Shown here one piece after another: positions 40,230 to 50,069 of a DNA stretch of 64,000 nt; within the stretch, counting starts at the first letter, position 1; the number at the start of each line of letters is the position of its first letter. Location of the stretch: assembly GCA_963699755.1 (NCBI GenBank), contig CAVOVB010000007.1, positions 32,001-96,000 of the forward strand, given 5' to 3'. The notes beneath the pieces are model-generated. The model saw nothing but the letters and a program-made list of their open reading frames with translations, searched no databases and had not been told where the DNA came from. The position numbers and the translations under genes are program-made. The DNA comes from an uncultured delta proteobacterium (GTDB taxonomy: Bacteria > Myxococcota_A > Polyangia > Polyangiales > Houyiibacteriaceae).

Positions 40230-41195
40230 ATGATCCAGGACCACACCAAATCTCGAAGGCTACTGCTCACCGGTGCCACCGGTTTCGTGGGCCGACATCT
40301 CGACGCGGCGCTCGCAGATACCAGCTGGGACGTCGTTCGTGCGACCAGAAATCCGAAACAGGCATCTCAGCCAGGCTGGGTCTACCTCGATGTGGCTGAC
40401 CCGAGCTCGATCGACCCGGCCATCGCCGGCTGTGACTCCGCCGTATACCTCATCCACTCGATCGACGACTCGAAGGACTACCCGGCGCGCGAGGCACGCG
40501 GAGCAGAAGCGTTCCTCGCGGCCGCTGAGCGGGCCGGCGTCCGCCGGATCGTGTATTTGGGGGGCGTTGCACCCAAGGGGAAAGCCTCGCGACATCTCCT
40601 CAGCCGATTACGCACCGGCGAAATCTTGCGCTCAGGGACGGTCTCTACGATCGAGCTTCGTTGCGGGCTGATCATCGGCGCCGGCGGCAGCTCCTGGATG
40701 ATGGTTCGCGACCTGGCGGCGCGACTTCCCGCCATGCTGCTGCCGCGCTGGCTTCAGTTCTCGTCTTGGCCAGTGTGGATCGAAGACGTCGTCGTAGCGA
40801 TTGTGCGCGCTCTCGATTTGCCCGACGAAGGGAGCGCCTGGTTCGACGTGCCAGGAAAGGAACGCATGACCCATGCCAACTTCCTTTCGCGAATCGCCAA
40901 GAGCATGGGCAAGGATCCGAGGCTGATCGGCGTGCCCGTCATCACACCGAGGCTTTCGAGCTACTGGATTGCCCTGGTGACGCGGGCAAGCTTGGCGCTT
41001 GCCCAAGAGCTCGTTCAGGGCCTGCAGAGCGATCTCGATCCGAGCGGAGAGTCGATCTGGGATCGGCTCGGCGACGAACAACCTACCGAGTTCCAGACTT
41101 CGGTGTACCAGGCACTGGAGGATGAGACGGCCTCCATGACCCCAACACCGAAGCTCGTGGGCAGGATGCGGGCCCGCGTGAAGGGCAAAGGCTAG
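40230..41195 (+). CDS. Atypical SDR NAD(P)H-binding protein (YbjT-like)
   Basis: LTGATGFVG, YLIHS, RIVYLGG, SxHLxSR, IIGxGxxS. Confidence 0.85.
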   Translation: MIQDHTKSRRLLLTGATGFVGRHLDAALADTSWDVVRATRNPKQASQPGWVYLDVADPSSIDPAIAGCDSAVYLIHSIDDSKDYPAREARGAEAFLAAAERAGVRRIVYLGGVAPKGKASRHLLSRLRTGEILRSGTVSTIELRCGLIIGAGGSSWMMVRDLAARLPAMLLPRWLQFSSWPVWIEDVVVAIVRALDLPDEGSAWFDVPGKERMTHANFLSRIAKSMGKDPRLIGVPVITPRLSSYWIALVTRASLALAQELVQGLQSDLDPSGESIWDRLGDEQPTEFQTSVYQALEDETASMTPTPKLVGRMRARVKGKG

Positions 41196-41834
41196 GTGGA
41201 GCGGGCTACGAGAGCGGAGGTCGTGGCGCTGACCGCTTGCGTGACCGCATTCTGCATCGCCATGGGCTTGCGCGAGATCCTGAACATCTGGATCGGAACC
41301 GGCGCTGCGGCGCTGGCCTCCGTGCTCGCACTCTGGCTCGGCGCGCGACCGTCGCTCCGATCCAATCTCCGGGCGCCGCTCCGGGCGCCGGCCGCGACGA
41401 GCCTGATCGTCGGCCTCGCAGCCGGGCTGCTCATGTCCTTGGCGACCTGGTGGCTCTATCCCATCAGCGTCTCGGTGTTCCCTCCGATTCAAACCGAGGT
41501 CGAGACCCTCTACGCGCTGCTTCGTCAAGCGCCTGGGCCCGTTCGCGCGTTCCCCTTGCTCTTGTTGGTCGTCGCGGCGGAGGAATTGGTTTGGCGCGGT
41601 GTCGCGATCGATCTCTTCTCGAGATCGCTCGGGCCATGGCATGCGATGCTCCTCGCTGCGCTCCTCTATGTCCTTCCGCAGATCGCGCTTCGTTCGCCCC
41701 TCCTCATCATCGTGGCCCTCTGCTGTGGCCTGCTCTGGGGAGCTTTGCGGGTGCGCACCAAGAGCCTGACCGCACCCTTTGTCGCGCATCTCGTCTGGGA
41801 CGTCCTGGTGTTCGTGTGGCATCCGGTGGCTTGA
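41196..41834 (+). CDS. CPBP (Abi/CAAX) intramembrane protease
   Basis: AEELVWRG and AHLVWD motifs, multiple TM segments. Confidence 0.85.
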   Translation: MERATRAEVVALTACVTAFCIAMGLREILNIWIGTGAAALASVLALWLGARPSLRSNLRAPLRAPAATSLIVGLAAGLLMSLATWWLYPISVSVFPPIQTEVETLYALLRQAPGPVRAFPLLLLVVAAEELVWRGVAIDLFSRSLGPWHAMLLAALLYVLPQIALRSPLLIIVALCCGLLWGALRVRTKSLTAPFVAHLVWDVLVFVWHPVA

Positions 41835-41944
41835 GCCGCGCGACGAGAGCCTGCTGCGAACCAGGCCAGCGGCCGCGGGACCGAGGCTCGCGCGCGCTAG
41901 GCCAAAGGTCAGAGTTGTGATACCGGTTGCAGGAGCCGGTGCCG

Positions 41945-43489
41945 ATGAAGGTGAGCGCAATATCGATCGGGCTCATGGCCTTCACTTTCGGTGTGGCCGC
42001 TCCAGTCTGCGCGCAGCAGGCTGGGGTCGACGAGCGGCAAAAGGAGGCAGACGCAAAGCCTGAGACCCCTGCGCCGGGCGCATTCCCAGTGGAAGATCCC
42101 ACCATCCAGCTAGAGCGCGAGCCGGACCTCACCGTGCGCGAGGGAGACCCGGGAGCCGAGACCCCAGAGGTAACGCCAGCGGCGCCCTTGGCCCAGGCAG
42201 ACGAGGACGCGGCCGAGGAACCCACAGCCGGCGAGTTGCCAGTGGAGGACCCTACGATCGACCAACGGGCGGAAATCGCGGAGGAGCCGACAGAGGGCGA
42301 GCGAGCGCCGAAAAAGCCCCAAGGCCCAGAAGAAGACCAAGGCGCGAAGGTCAAGGTGTTTTATGAGCAGGGGTTTCTCGTTGCGGTCGACGACTGGTTC
42401 TACCTCGCCCTCGCAGGCCTAGTGCAGGCCCGATACACGGTGGACTATCGCACGCGGCCGCCAACGGATTCAGAGACCGGAATTCGCGAGAAGCAGGTGA
42501 CGGAAGGATTCGACGTCGCCCGCGCCCGCTTTCAGCTCGGAATCGGTCTGACTCAGTTCGTCGCCTTGTACATGCGTATCGGTGTCGTGGCGGGCGGCAA
42601 CTTCGGTTTTCAGCGCGCGTTCATTGACCTGAAGTGGAAGTTCTTTCGTGTCCGAGCGGGTTTGTTCATGAACGAGACGGACGCCGAATCGCTCGTCAAC
42701 CCCGAAGATCTCTACATGGTGGACTATTCGATCGCCCAAAACGTATACGACCCCGGTAGCTCGAAAGGCGTGATGTTCACGTATCTTCGGCGCCGATTCT
42801 CGATCAACCTGGGTTACTCCGATGGGCTTCGAACCGGATTCGCTGCCTTTCGCGCCCCTGTGAGAGCAGATTTCGCGGTCTCGCTGCGTGCGCAATATGC
42901 GTGGGGCAAAGCAGGGCTCTCGGGGTTCAACCGTCTCACGTCCCGGCGCGGAACCCCGTTTGGCGTCCGGCTCGGCGCTGCGCTGCACTATCAGGATGGC
43001 GGACGGAGTCAGGGAACCCTTCCGGTGAAGATTGCGCTTGGTACCATCGATCTCTCGCTGCGCGGAGGCGGCTGGAGCCTCCTGCTCACGGTCACGGCCG
43101 GTCAAGACGCCACGAATGCGAACGCAATGAACGAAGCTGGCGAGCTCGTCTCGAGTGCTGTTGCGCTGACGGGCGGTTACTTCGTCTTGGAGAACCTCCA
43201 GGTCTTCGGCCGCTACAGCATCGTGACGAAGCCCACCATCCAAGGGGTTCTTCCTGCGAACCTCCCGAACGACTTCAGCCTAGCGACCAGCAACTTCCAA
43301 GCATTCGGGGTGGGTCTGTCCTATTTCGTCGTTCCAGGCCGCAACAACATCAAGCTCACGAGCGACTTCCAATACTTCTTGGGCTACCAGCAGCGAAGCA
43401 TCGTTCCCTCCTCGCCCCTGAACTCGATTCAGCCGAACGACGCGGGAAGCCAACTCGCCTGGCGCATTCAGCTGACCGCTGCCTTTTAG
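41945..43489 (+). CDS. OprO/OprP-like porin with acidic N-terminal linker
   Basis: Signal peptide, G..QARY, GF.V.RAR, terminal RIQLTAAF; short internal repeat PVEDPTI x2. Confidence 0.65.
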   Translation: MKVSAISIGLMAFTFGVAAPVCAQQAGVDERQKEADAKPETPAPGAFPVEDPTIQLEREPDLTVREGDPGAETPEVTPAAPLAQADEDAAEEPTAGELPVEDPTIDQRAEIAEEPTEGERAPKKPQGPEEDQGAKVKVFYEQGFLVAVDDWFYLALAGLVQARYTVDYRTRPPTDSETGIREKQVTEGFDVARARFQLGIGLTQFVALYMRIGVVAGGNFGFQRAFIDLKWKFFRVRAGLFMNETDAESLVNPEDLYMVDYSIAQNVYDPGSSKGVMFTYLRRRFSINLGYSDGLRTGFAAFRAPVRADFAVSLRAQYAWGKAGLSGFNRLTSRRGTPFGVRLGAALHYQDGGRSQGTLPVKIALGTIDLSLRGGGWSLLLTVTAGQDATNANAMNEAGELVSSAVALTGGYFVLENLQVFGRYSIVTKPTIQGVLPANLPNDFSLATSNFQAFGVGLSYFVVPGRNNIKLTSDFQYFLGYQQRSIVPSSPLNSIQPNDAGSQLAWRIQLTAAF

Positions 43490-43517
43490 CCGCCACCACG
43501 AGGCTCCACTCCCTTTC

Positions 43518-44531
43518 TCAGGGTGTCTTCTCGAGCTCCCCCTCGTGGAGCACGGGGCTCGTATGGATGACGACGCCGACCGCGAGGACCCAGCTGTCGG
43601 CGACCGGTACCACATCGATGCCGGTAGGCGCATTCAAGTAGACGAACGGATTCCAGCCGACTTGCGCAAACACATCCAGCATGACGATGTTCTTGAGCAC
43701 GTGGGAGTAGCCACCGCCGATGATGAGCGGGACGAGAACCTGGTTGCGGGCCACTGGAAACGCGAGGCTCCCGTCATCGAAGCTTCCCCCGGTCACGTTG
43801 CGTGCGAGGTTCTGAAACGAAAATCCGCTCTCGCCGAAGAGGAAGCCCGAAGGGGTGACGCTATAGGTGGCTTTGACCGGGAGGTCGACGTTGAGGCCCG
43901 CGCCATTGGAGAGCACGACGACCTGTGCGCCGGTGTCGACGGTGACGGGCGCGCGAGCGCGAATGCGCATCGGTAGACCGAGTGTGAGGGCGAGATTGGT
44001 TCCCGTTGGCAAGAGCAAGACCAGGTCGCCTGCCATCTCGAGGTAGTCCCTTTGAAGGAAGCTGTAGCGGACGTAGAGCGGCATGTCGCCAAAGCCTCCC
44101 TCTGGGGAGACGACGATGGGAAACAACGCTTGGCCCGCGTTCGCGGATGGCGAGCCGATCCGGTGGCCGCTGACTCCGACTTCTAGATTCTCGCGGACGC
44201 CGAACGCCCATCCGAGGTCGATGGCGACCAAGGGCTTGCTGGCCAGCATGCCGGTCTCTCGGTCGTAGGCCGCACGCTTGACGTGGACGATGAAGGACCC
44301 GCGAATCATGAACGGCTCCATGGTCAGCGGGCGTGATGCGATGGCTTTGGGATAGCGCCAGCCCGGGGCCGCAGTCACCGTGACCGCCTCACCGACGCTG
44401 GTTTGCTCGACGATCGTCTCGGTTTCTGGTTTCACCGGCTGGGCTTCCTCGGCGGCATCCTCGTCGGCGGCTGCGACGGCTGTGACGAGCCCCAGGCCGA
44501 GGGCGAAAGTAAGCGGTCCGCGACGACGCAT
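43518..44531 (-). CDS. Secreted / outer-membrane hypothetical protein
   Basis: Signal peptide, YP...xRPLT motif, amphipathic beta-strands. Confidence 0.65.
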   Translation of the reverse strand: MRRRGPLTFALGLGLVTAVAAADEDAAEEAQPVKPETETIVEQTSVGEAVTVTAAPGWRYPKAIASRPLTMEPFMIRGSFIVHVKRAAYDRETGMLASKPLVAIDLGWAFGVRENLEVGVSGHRIGSPSANAGQALFPIVVSPEGGFGDMPLYVRYSFLQRDYLEMAGDLVLLLPTGTNLALTLGLPMRIRARAPVTVDTGAQVVVLSNGAGLNVDLPVKATYSVTPSGFLFGESGFSFQNLARNVTGGSFDDGSLAFPVARNQVLVPLIIGGGYSHVLKNIVMLDVFAQVGWNPFVYLNAPTGIDVVPVADSWVLAVGVVIHTSPVLHEGELEKTP

Positions 44532-44674
44532 CGGAGGCGAGGCTAGCACCGTTCTCTCATAGGGCGCATCGGTCTATCGACAGGCACTCCCGCCGACCTT
44601 CACTGGGCCCGATTCGATGCTCGGCGCGATGGCGTAGAGGAGACCGACGCCCGCCGATGAGCTAGGAAGAGCGC

Positions 44675-46036
44675 ATGGATACGAGCAAGCCACGAGTCGT
44701 GATCGTTGGGGGCGGGTTCGCTGGGGTTGCCGCCGCGAGAGCGCTACGGCTCGCGGAGGCCAACGTCGTCGTGATCGATAAACACAACCACCACTTGTTT
44801 CAGCCCCTCCTCTATCAGGTGGCGACGGCCGCGTTGCACCCCGGGGCGATCGCTTCACCGATTCGAAACGTCCTGAGCAAACAGGCAAATTGCCGAGTGC
44901 TGATGAAGGAAGTCGACGGGGTCGATGTATCTGCCCAGACGATCATGCTCGGCGGCGAACCCTACACCTACGACTATCTGGTGCTCGCGACCGGCCTCGA
45001 GACCAACTACTTCGGCAATGACCAGTGGAAGAAGTACGCACCTGGGCTCAAGACCATCGACGAAGCGATCGACGTGCGAGCGCGTTTCCTGCTCGCATTC
45101 GAGCAGGCGGAGTTCGAACAAGACCAAGCCGCCAAGCGGGCCGCTCTGACGTTCGCGATCGTCGGGGCGGGCCCCACGGGCGTCGAGATGGCGGGATCGC
45201 TCGCCGAAATCGCCGAAACGGTCAGAAAGGACTTTCGCTCCATCGACACGAGGACGGCTCGAATCATCGTGCTGGACTTCGCCGACCGCGTCCTGACTCC
45301 GTATCATCCCGACTTGTCTGCGCGCGCGATGCGGGACCTCGAAAGTCTTGGGGTGGAGGTCTTGCTCCGGACACGGGTCACCGACGTCGATGACAAAGGG
45401 CTCACCGCGCAGACGCCGGACGGGGAAATTCGGATCGACGCAAACAACGTGATCTGGGCGGCTGGCGTGAAAGGGGGCCCGCTCGGCGAGGCACTGGGCG
45501 CTGCACTCGACCGTTCCGGCCGCGTGATCGTAGGCGAGGATCTCACCATCCCCGGCCATCCCAACGTCTTCGTCACCGGCGATCTCGCACTTCGAGTCGA
45601 TCCGGTCACCGGCCAGTCCGTGCCCGCGGTTGCACAGGGCGCGATTCAAGGTGGCAAGTACGCGGGCCAACTAATCGCCGCCGAGATCAAGGCTCTCGCT
45701 AGAGGCGAGCCGGCTCCGGAACGCAAGGCGTTTCACTACCAAGATCGAGGCTCGATGGCGATCATCGGACGCAACCGCGCGATCGTGGAGACGGGCAAGC
45801 TGCGCTTCGGTGGATACCTTGCGTTCTTGATGTGGGCGCTGATCCACATCCTGTTCCTGATCGATTTCCGCACGAAGCTGGTCGTCTTCGTCGAGTGGGT
45901 CTGGCTCTACTTCACCGGAGGCCGCGGCGCGCGTCTGATCACGGGTGACGACCGGATGCCCAAGATCATCAAGCCCCCACCGGACTTTCGTATCGCGGCC
46001 CGCGAATCAAATCCGCACGCCGACATCGCCGACTAG
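44675..46036 (+). CDS. ndh: Type II NADH dehydrogenase
   Basis: VVIVGGGFAG, HLFQPLLYQVATA, VGAGPTGVEMAG, WAAGV, Y.D.GSMA.IGR. Confidence 0.9.
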   Translation: MDTSKPRVVIVGGGFAGVAAARALRLAEANVVVIDKHNHHLFQPLLYQVATAALHPGAIASPIRNVLSKQANCRVLMKEVDGVDVSAQTIMLGGEPYTYDYLVLATGLETNYFGNDQWKKYAPGLKTIDEAIDVRARFLLAFEQAEFEQDQAAKRAALTFAIVGAGPTGVEMAGSLAEIAETVRKDFRSIDTRTARIIVLDFADRVLTPYHPDLSARAMRDLESLGVEVLLRTRVTDVDDKGLTAQTPDGEIRIDANNVIWAAGVKGGPLGEALGAALDRSGRVIVGEDLTIPGHPNVFVTGDLALRVDPVTGQSVPAVAQGAIQGGKYAGQLIAAEIKALARGEPAPERKAFHYQDRGSMAIIGRNRAIVETGKLRFGGYLAFLMWALIHILFLIDFRTKLVVFVEWVWLYFTGGRGARLITGDDRMPKIIKPPPDFRIAARESNPHADIAD

Positions 46037-46091
46037 GGGACGCGCGATACGGGCGACTCGGTGTATCGCGGTCATCCATCGTCCGTGGGCG

Positions 46092-47036
46092 TTAGCTGCC
46101 CGCGTAAGGCAGACCGTCTAGGTACTCTCGAAGTTGTTTTCGATGGGACGCTCTCGGTGGCCGGATCGCCAACCTGAGCCACATCCCGGTCGCACCGACA
46201 ACGAGGGCTAGCTTCTTGGACCATGGAACCACGACTCGGCCAAGGAGCGGGTTGCTCTGGAAACGGCGCCGAAGCCGCCGACCAATGCCTTCATACAAGC
46301 GGCTTGCGACGAGGATCGCCCACCGGGCCCGTGCCGGCAAAAAGAGCATCCCCTCGTCCGCACTCCGATAGTAGCCGTCCGCCATGGCGAGCACTTCGTC
46401 GACGACCAAGCTCACGGCCTGCGGGTCCGCTTCGCCTCGGATGAGATCATCAGCGTCCACACCGTAGGCATCGAGCCGCGTGGCCGGCAGGTACACCCTC
46501 GACGCCTGCGCATCCTCGAGCACGTCCCGGGCGATGTTGGTCAGTTGCATCGCAATACCGAGGTCAATCGCGTAACGCCATGCACGCGGATCGCGAACGC
46601 CCAGCACCGAGCACATCATCAAGCCCACGGTGCCGGCAACGCGGTAGCAGTACCGCATTAGCTCCCGGTCGGACTGAAGTCGCACAACGCCGAGATCCGA
46701 CGTCATCCCGTTGAGTAGCTCGCCTACGACGCGAAAATCGATGCCGCACTCGATACAGAGGCTCCGAAACCAACGGTAGCTCTCAGGCCAGAGGGACTCC
46801 CCGTCCGGCTCCGCTGCGAGCGCCGCCCGCATCCGGTCGAGGTCTTGCCGCGCCTCAGGCGTCACGAACTCGGCATCCGCGAGATCATCGACTGCTCGGC
46901 AAAATGCGTAAAGGGCCACCACCCTTTGGCGCTGCGCCCGACTCAGCAGTGCCGCTGCCCAACGGAAGGAACGCGCACGGAATGCCAAAATCTGCCACTG
47001 TGCGATCGCACGGGTCTGCTCGTCGTCTGTGCTCAT
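46092..47036 (-). CDS. crtB: Phytoene synthase
   Basis: LYAFCR.VDDLAD, YCYRVAGTVG, QLTNIARDV.ED....RVYLP. Confidence 0.95.
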   Translation of the reverse strand: MSTDDEQTRAIAQWQILAFRARSFRWAAALLSRAQRQRVVALYAFCRAVDDLADAEFVTPEARQDLDRMRAALAAEPDGESLWPESYRWFRSLCIECGIDFRVVGELLNGMTSDLGVVRLQSDRELMRYCYRVAGTVGLMMCSVLGVRDPRAWRYAIDLGIAMQLTNIARDVLEDAQASRVYLPATRLDAYGVDADDLIRGEADPQAVSLVVDEVLAMADGYYRSADEGMLFLPARARWAILVASRLYEGIGRRLRRRFQSNPLLGRVVVPWSKKLALVVGATGMWLRLAIRPPRASHRKQLREYLDGLPYAGS

Positions 47037-48550
47037 GCCGTCGCCGCTTCTGGTACCGATACCGACTGGCTCTGGCTCTCGAGCCGGGGCACGACCTTTT
47101 CCAGCACCTTGGCCGAGGACAAAACGCCTGGAAGACCAGCCCCTGGGTGGACCCCTGCACCGACGAAGTAGAGGCCTGCGACGTCTTCCGATGCATTGTG
47201 GAAACGGAAGTAGGCCGATTGACGCAAGGTGGGTTCGAGACCGAACGCCGCACCCTGGTACGAACGGAGCTCGTGCTCGAAGTAGTTCGGATCGACGTGG
47301 AACTGCGTGACCAGATTGTCACGAAGCCCGGGGAGGTGATGCGCATCGAGTGCGTCGAGGATCCGGTCCATGTAGCGAGGGCCCTCAGTTGACCAGTCGA
47401 GACCGCTCTGCTGGTTGGGAACGGGAGATAGGACATAGAAGCTCTCTCCGCCAAGAGGCGCCAAGCTCGCATCGGTGCGCGTGGGAGCGTGAAGATAGAG
47501 AGAGAAGTCGTCGGCAAGCTTTTTGCGGTCGAAGACGTCGGTCAAGAGCTCGCGGTACCGCGGGCCAAGGAGGATCGAGTGGTGCGCGAGGTCTGGGAAC
47601 GTCTTTTTCGTCCCGAAATAACCCACGAAGAGGCTCATCGAATAGCGCCTTCGTGCAACCGAAGCGTCGGAGTGCTTTCGTCGCGCCGAGGCGTCGATCA
47701 GATTCGTGTAGACCATGGCCGGATCTGCATTCGAAACGACGAGAGCAGACTCGAGAAAGGTTCCGTCTTCGAGAAGCACCCCCTTCGCGCGACCATTCAC
47801 GACCTCGATGCGCTCTACGGGTGCGTCGAGTCGAACATCGACGCCAACTTCGCCGAGGAGGCGGGTCAGCCCGCGGACGATGGCCGTGGTCCCTCCCATC
47901 GCGAAGTGGATCCCCCACTTCCGTTCGAGCCAGTGGATCAGCAGGTAGATCGCCGGCGCTCGGAAGGGGTTTCCGCCGATCAGCAATGGCTGGAACGTGA
48001 ACACCTGCCGTAGAGCGTCGTCTTTGATGTAATGCGACACCAGGCCGTAGAGGCTCTTATAGGCGCGCAAGCGTACGAGATCTGGGACGATTCGCATCAT
48101 GTCCCCGAAGCGCGAGAAGTCTGCGTCGACGAGCTGGGTGTATCCGACGTCGAAGATGCGCCTCGAGTGCTCGACGAGCTGCTTGTAGCCTTCGACGTCG
48201 CTCGGGTTGAACTCGGCGATCTGCGCGAAGAGGCGCTCGTCGTCACCCACGTAGTCAAAGGCCCGACCGTCGGGAAACACGACACGATAGAAGGGGTCGA
48301 CAGGGACCAGGTCGAAGTAGTCTCGTCGGTCTTTGCCGAAAAGCTCGAACAGCTCGTCGAAGAGATGGGGGGCCGTGATGACCGTGGGGCCAGCATCGAA
48401 GTGAAAGCCCTCGCGTTCAAACGCACGTGCCCGGCCACCAGGCTGATCGCCCGCTTCAACGACCGTGACGCTATGGCCCATGGCGCGGAGACGGACTGCG
48501 GCAGCGAGTCCTCCGAAGCCCGCGCCAATCACGATGGCTTGCTTAGTCAT
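47033..48550 (-). CDS. crtI: Phytoene desaturase
   Basis: IGAGFGGLA, FDAGPTVIT, LLIGGNPF, GAGVHPGAGLPGVLSSA; start moved to ATG 48550. Confidence 0.95.
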   Translation of the reverse strand: MTKQAIVIGAGFGGLAAAVRLRAMGHSVTVVEAGDQPGGRARAFEREGFHFDAGPTVITAPHLFDELFELFGKDRRDYFDLVPVDPFYRVVFPDGRAFDYVGDDERLFAQIAEFNPSDVEGYKQLVEHSRRIFDVGYTQLVDADFSRFGDMMRIVPDLVRLRAYKSLYGLVSHYIKDDALRQVFTFQPLLIGGNPFRAPAIYLLIHWLERKWGIHFAMGGTTAIVRGLTRLLGEVGVDVRLDAPVERIEVVNGRAKGVLLEDGTFLESALVVSNADPAMVYTNLIDASARRKHSDASVARRRYSMSLFVGYFGTKKTFPDLAHHSILLGPRYRELLTDVFDRKKLADDFSLYLHAPTRTDASLAPLGGESFYVLSPVPNQQSGLDWSTEGPRYMDRILDALDAHHLPGLRDNLVTQFHVDPNYFEHELRSYQGAAFGLEPTLRQSAYFRFHNASEDVAGLYFVGAGVHPGAGLPGVLSSAKVLEKVVPRLESQSQSVSVPEAATA

Positions 48551-49937
48551 GATCTGCGCCTTTCGCTGCGTCCAAGGGGGCAAGCATGCGGTGGACCGGC
48601 TGGCGAATCCGGCCGCGTGCCGCGCTCTCCCCCGACTCTGCCGCGACCTGCACCAAGGACGCGTTGGAGCGTTTGCCGCTGGCGTCTAGGTGCTCGTGAA
48701 CGATCCGTGCCCCGGGGCGTTGAAGGACGGATCTCAGGAGGGGAGCTGCGCCGGCCGACAGGCCCGTTCGAAGAAGGTGCCACTTGACGGACGCGGGGAG
48801 GCTACCAAACAGCTGCGTCATCACCACGGCGAGCCTAGACGGAGACAAGGTGCCCGACAAGAAGCCCGACCAGGCGTGCGTTGGGAGCTGGAAAAACGTA
48901 TCGAAGAATCGCGCGATCTCCGTCGCACTCATGCTGACGAGCGTTTCTAGGCCAAAGCCATAGATCTCCCAGACGCTTCGCTGTGGGCGCGGCCAGAGCG
49001 TTGCGTTCCCGGAGGCAATTGCAAGGGCGGGATCGTCTAATGCGAGTCCAGCGAGAATCGACTCGGCGACAGGATCTGCGTGCCGCAGAACGCGCGAAAT
49101 CAAGTAGCCTGACGCGGGATGCACCATGGCCCCGGCCGCACCAAAGGGGACCAAAGCCTGTCGAGGCGCCGGAAGGCCGAGGCCCATCGGGATGGAACAG
49201 TGCTCTTCGCTTAGGCGCTCGCACTCCCCTAAGCCGAGCCCTGCCAGGCGCGACTCCAGGCGCGCACGGAGCAGATCGAGACGCATGGCGGGGCGCCGCG
49301 CGAGCGAGGTCTCCTCGACGAAAAGACGATCTTCTCCAAGCGGAAGCACGTAAAGAAAGGACGGAGGATCGGACGCGGAGCTCGACGGTTCGCCGAAATC
49401 CATCAAGACCATTCGGCTCGGATCGAACCGGTGATCAGGCGCGCGGAGCATCAGGCCGAACGCGGTTTGAAACGCAGGGGCTCGCTGATGCACGCGTTTG
49501 ATGAATCGGCTGCCAGCACCGGACGCGTCGATGACGACTCGGACACGGCTGATCGAGCCATCTTCCCCATGCACCCGAGTCTCCCCCTCACGGTGATCCA
49601 AGCCAGTCGCCCGATCTGAGGTGACGCAAAGGGAACCGGTGCGCAGCGTGTCCCATAGGAAGCCCTGAAGCCCGCGGGTGTCGAGCTTGACGTAGGGCCG
49701 CTCGAGAACCCGGTTCCCCCATGGCGTCGCCACGCAGACCTCAGGCCAGAGCTGCTCGACCAGGTCCTCCATCGCACGGGGTAGCTCATCCGCCCACAGG
49801 CAGTAGTTCGGCTTCCATGGTGATTCAGGCGCAGGGGAGATCAGAGCGACCGACGCGCCGCGTCGGGCACAGGCCGCGGCGATGGCCAGGGCAGCGGGAC
49901 CGCTTCCGAGAATTCCTATGTCGTGGAGGTCGTCCAT
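48543..49937 (-). CDS. Lycopene cyclase (CrtL-type) with ~60-aa foreign C-terminal tail
   Basis: G.GPA, NY..W.DE, DASG, QTAFG, M.LMD, FLY..P, FVEETSL, E.C.IPM, VHPASGY. Confidence 0.85.
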   Translation of the reverse strand: MDDLHDIGILGSGPAALAIAAACARRGASVALISPAPESPWKPNYCLWADELPRAMEDLVEQLWPEVCVATPWGNRVLERPYVKLDTRGLQGFLWDTLRTGSLCVTSDRATGLDHREGETRVHGEDGSISRVRVVIDASGAGSRFIKRVHQRAPAFQTAFGLMLRAPDHRFDPSRMVLMDFGEPSSSASDPPSFLYVLPLGEDRLFVEETSLARRPAMRLDLLRARLESRLAGLGLGECERLSEEHCSIPMGLGLPAPRQALVPFGAAGAMVHPASGYLISRVLRHADPVAESILAGLALDDPALAIASGNATLWPRPQRSVWEIYGFGLETLVSMSATEIARFFDTFFQLPTHAWSGFLSGTLSPSRLAVVMTQLFGSLPASVKWHLLRTGLSAGAAPLLRSVLQRPGARIVHEHLDASGKRSNASLVQVAAESGESAARGRIRQPVHRMLAPLDAAKGADHD

Positions 49938-49979
49938 GGAGAAGTTGACGAATCAAGCGTATGCGACCAAAAGGTCACG

Positions 49980-50018
49980 TTGACAAGATCTGGACAACAT
50001 ATCGACCGATAGTGGACG
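49980..50018 (+). promoter_or_regulatory. CarA/CarH (LitR)-type operator of four 11-bp direct repeats
   Basis: TTGACA (49980), TGGACA (49991), TCGACC (50002), TGGACG (50013), between the divergent crt genes. Confidence 0.7.
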
Positions 50019-50069
50019 CATGGGATTAAGGATTCTGCTTACGTCGAACATCGGCGGGAGCCTCCGCAC

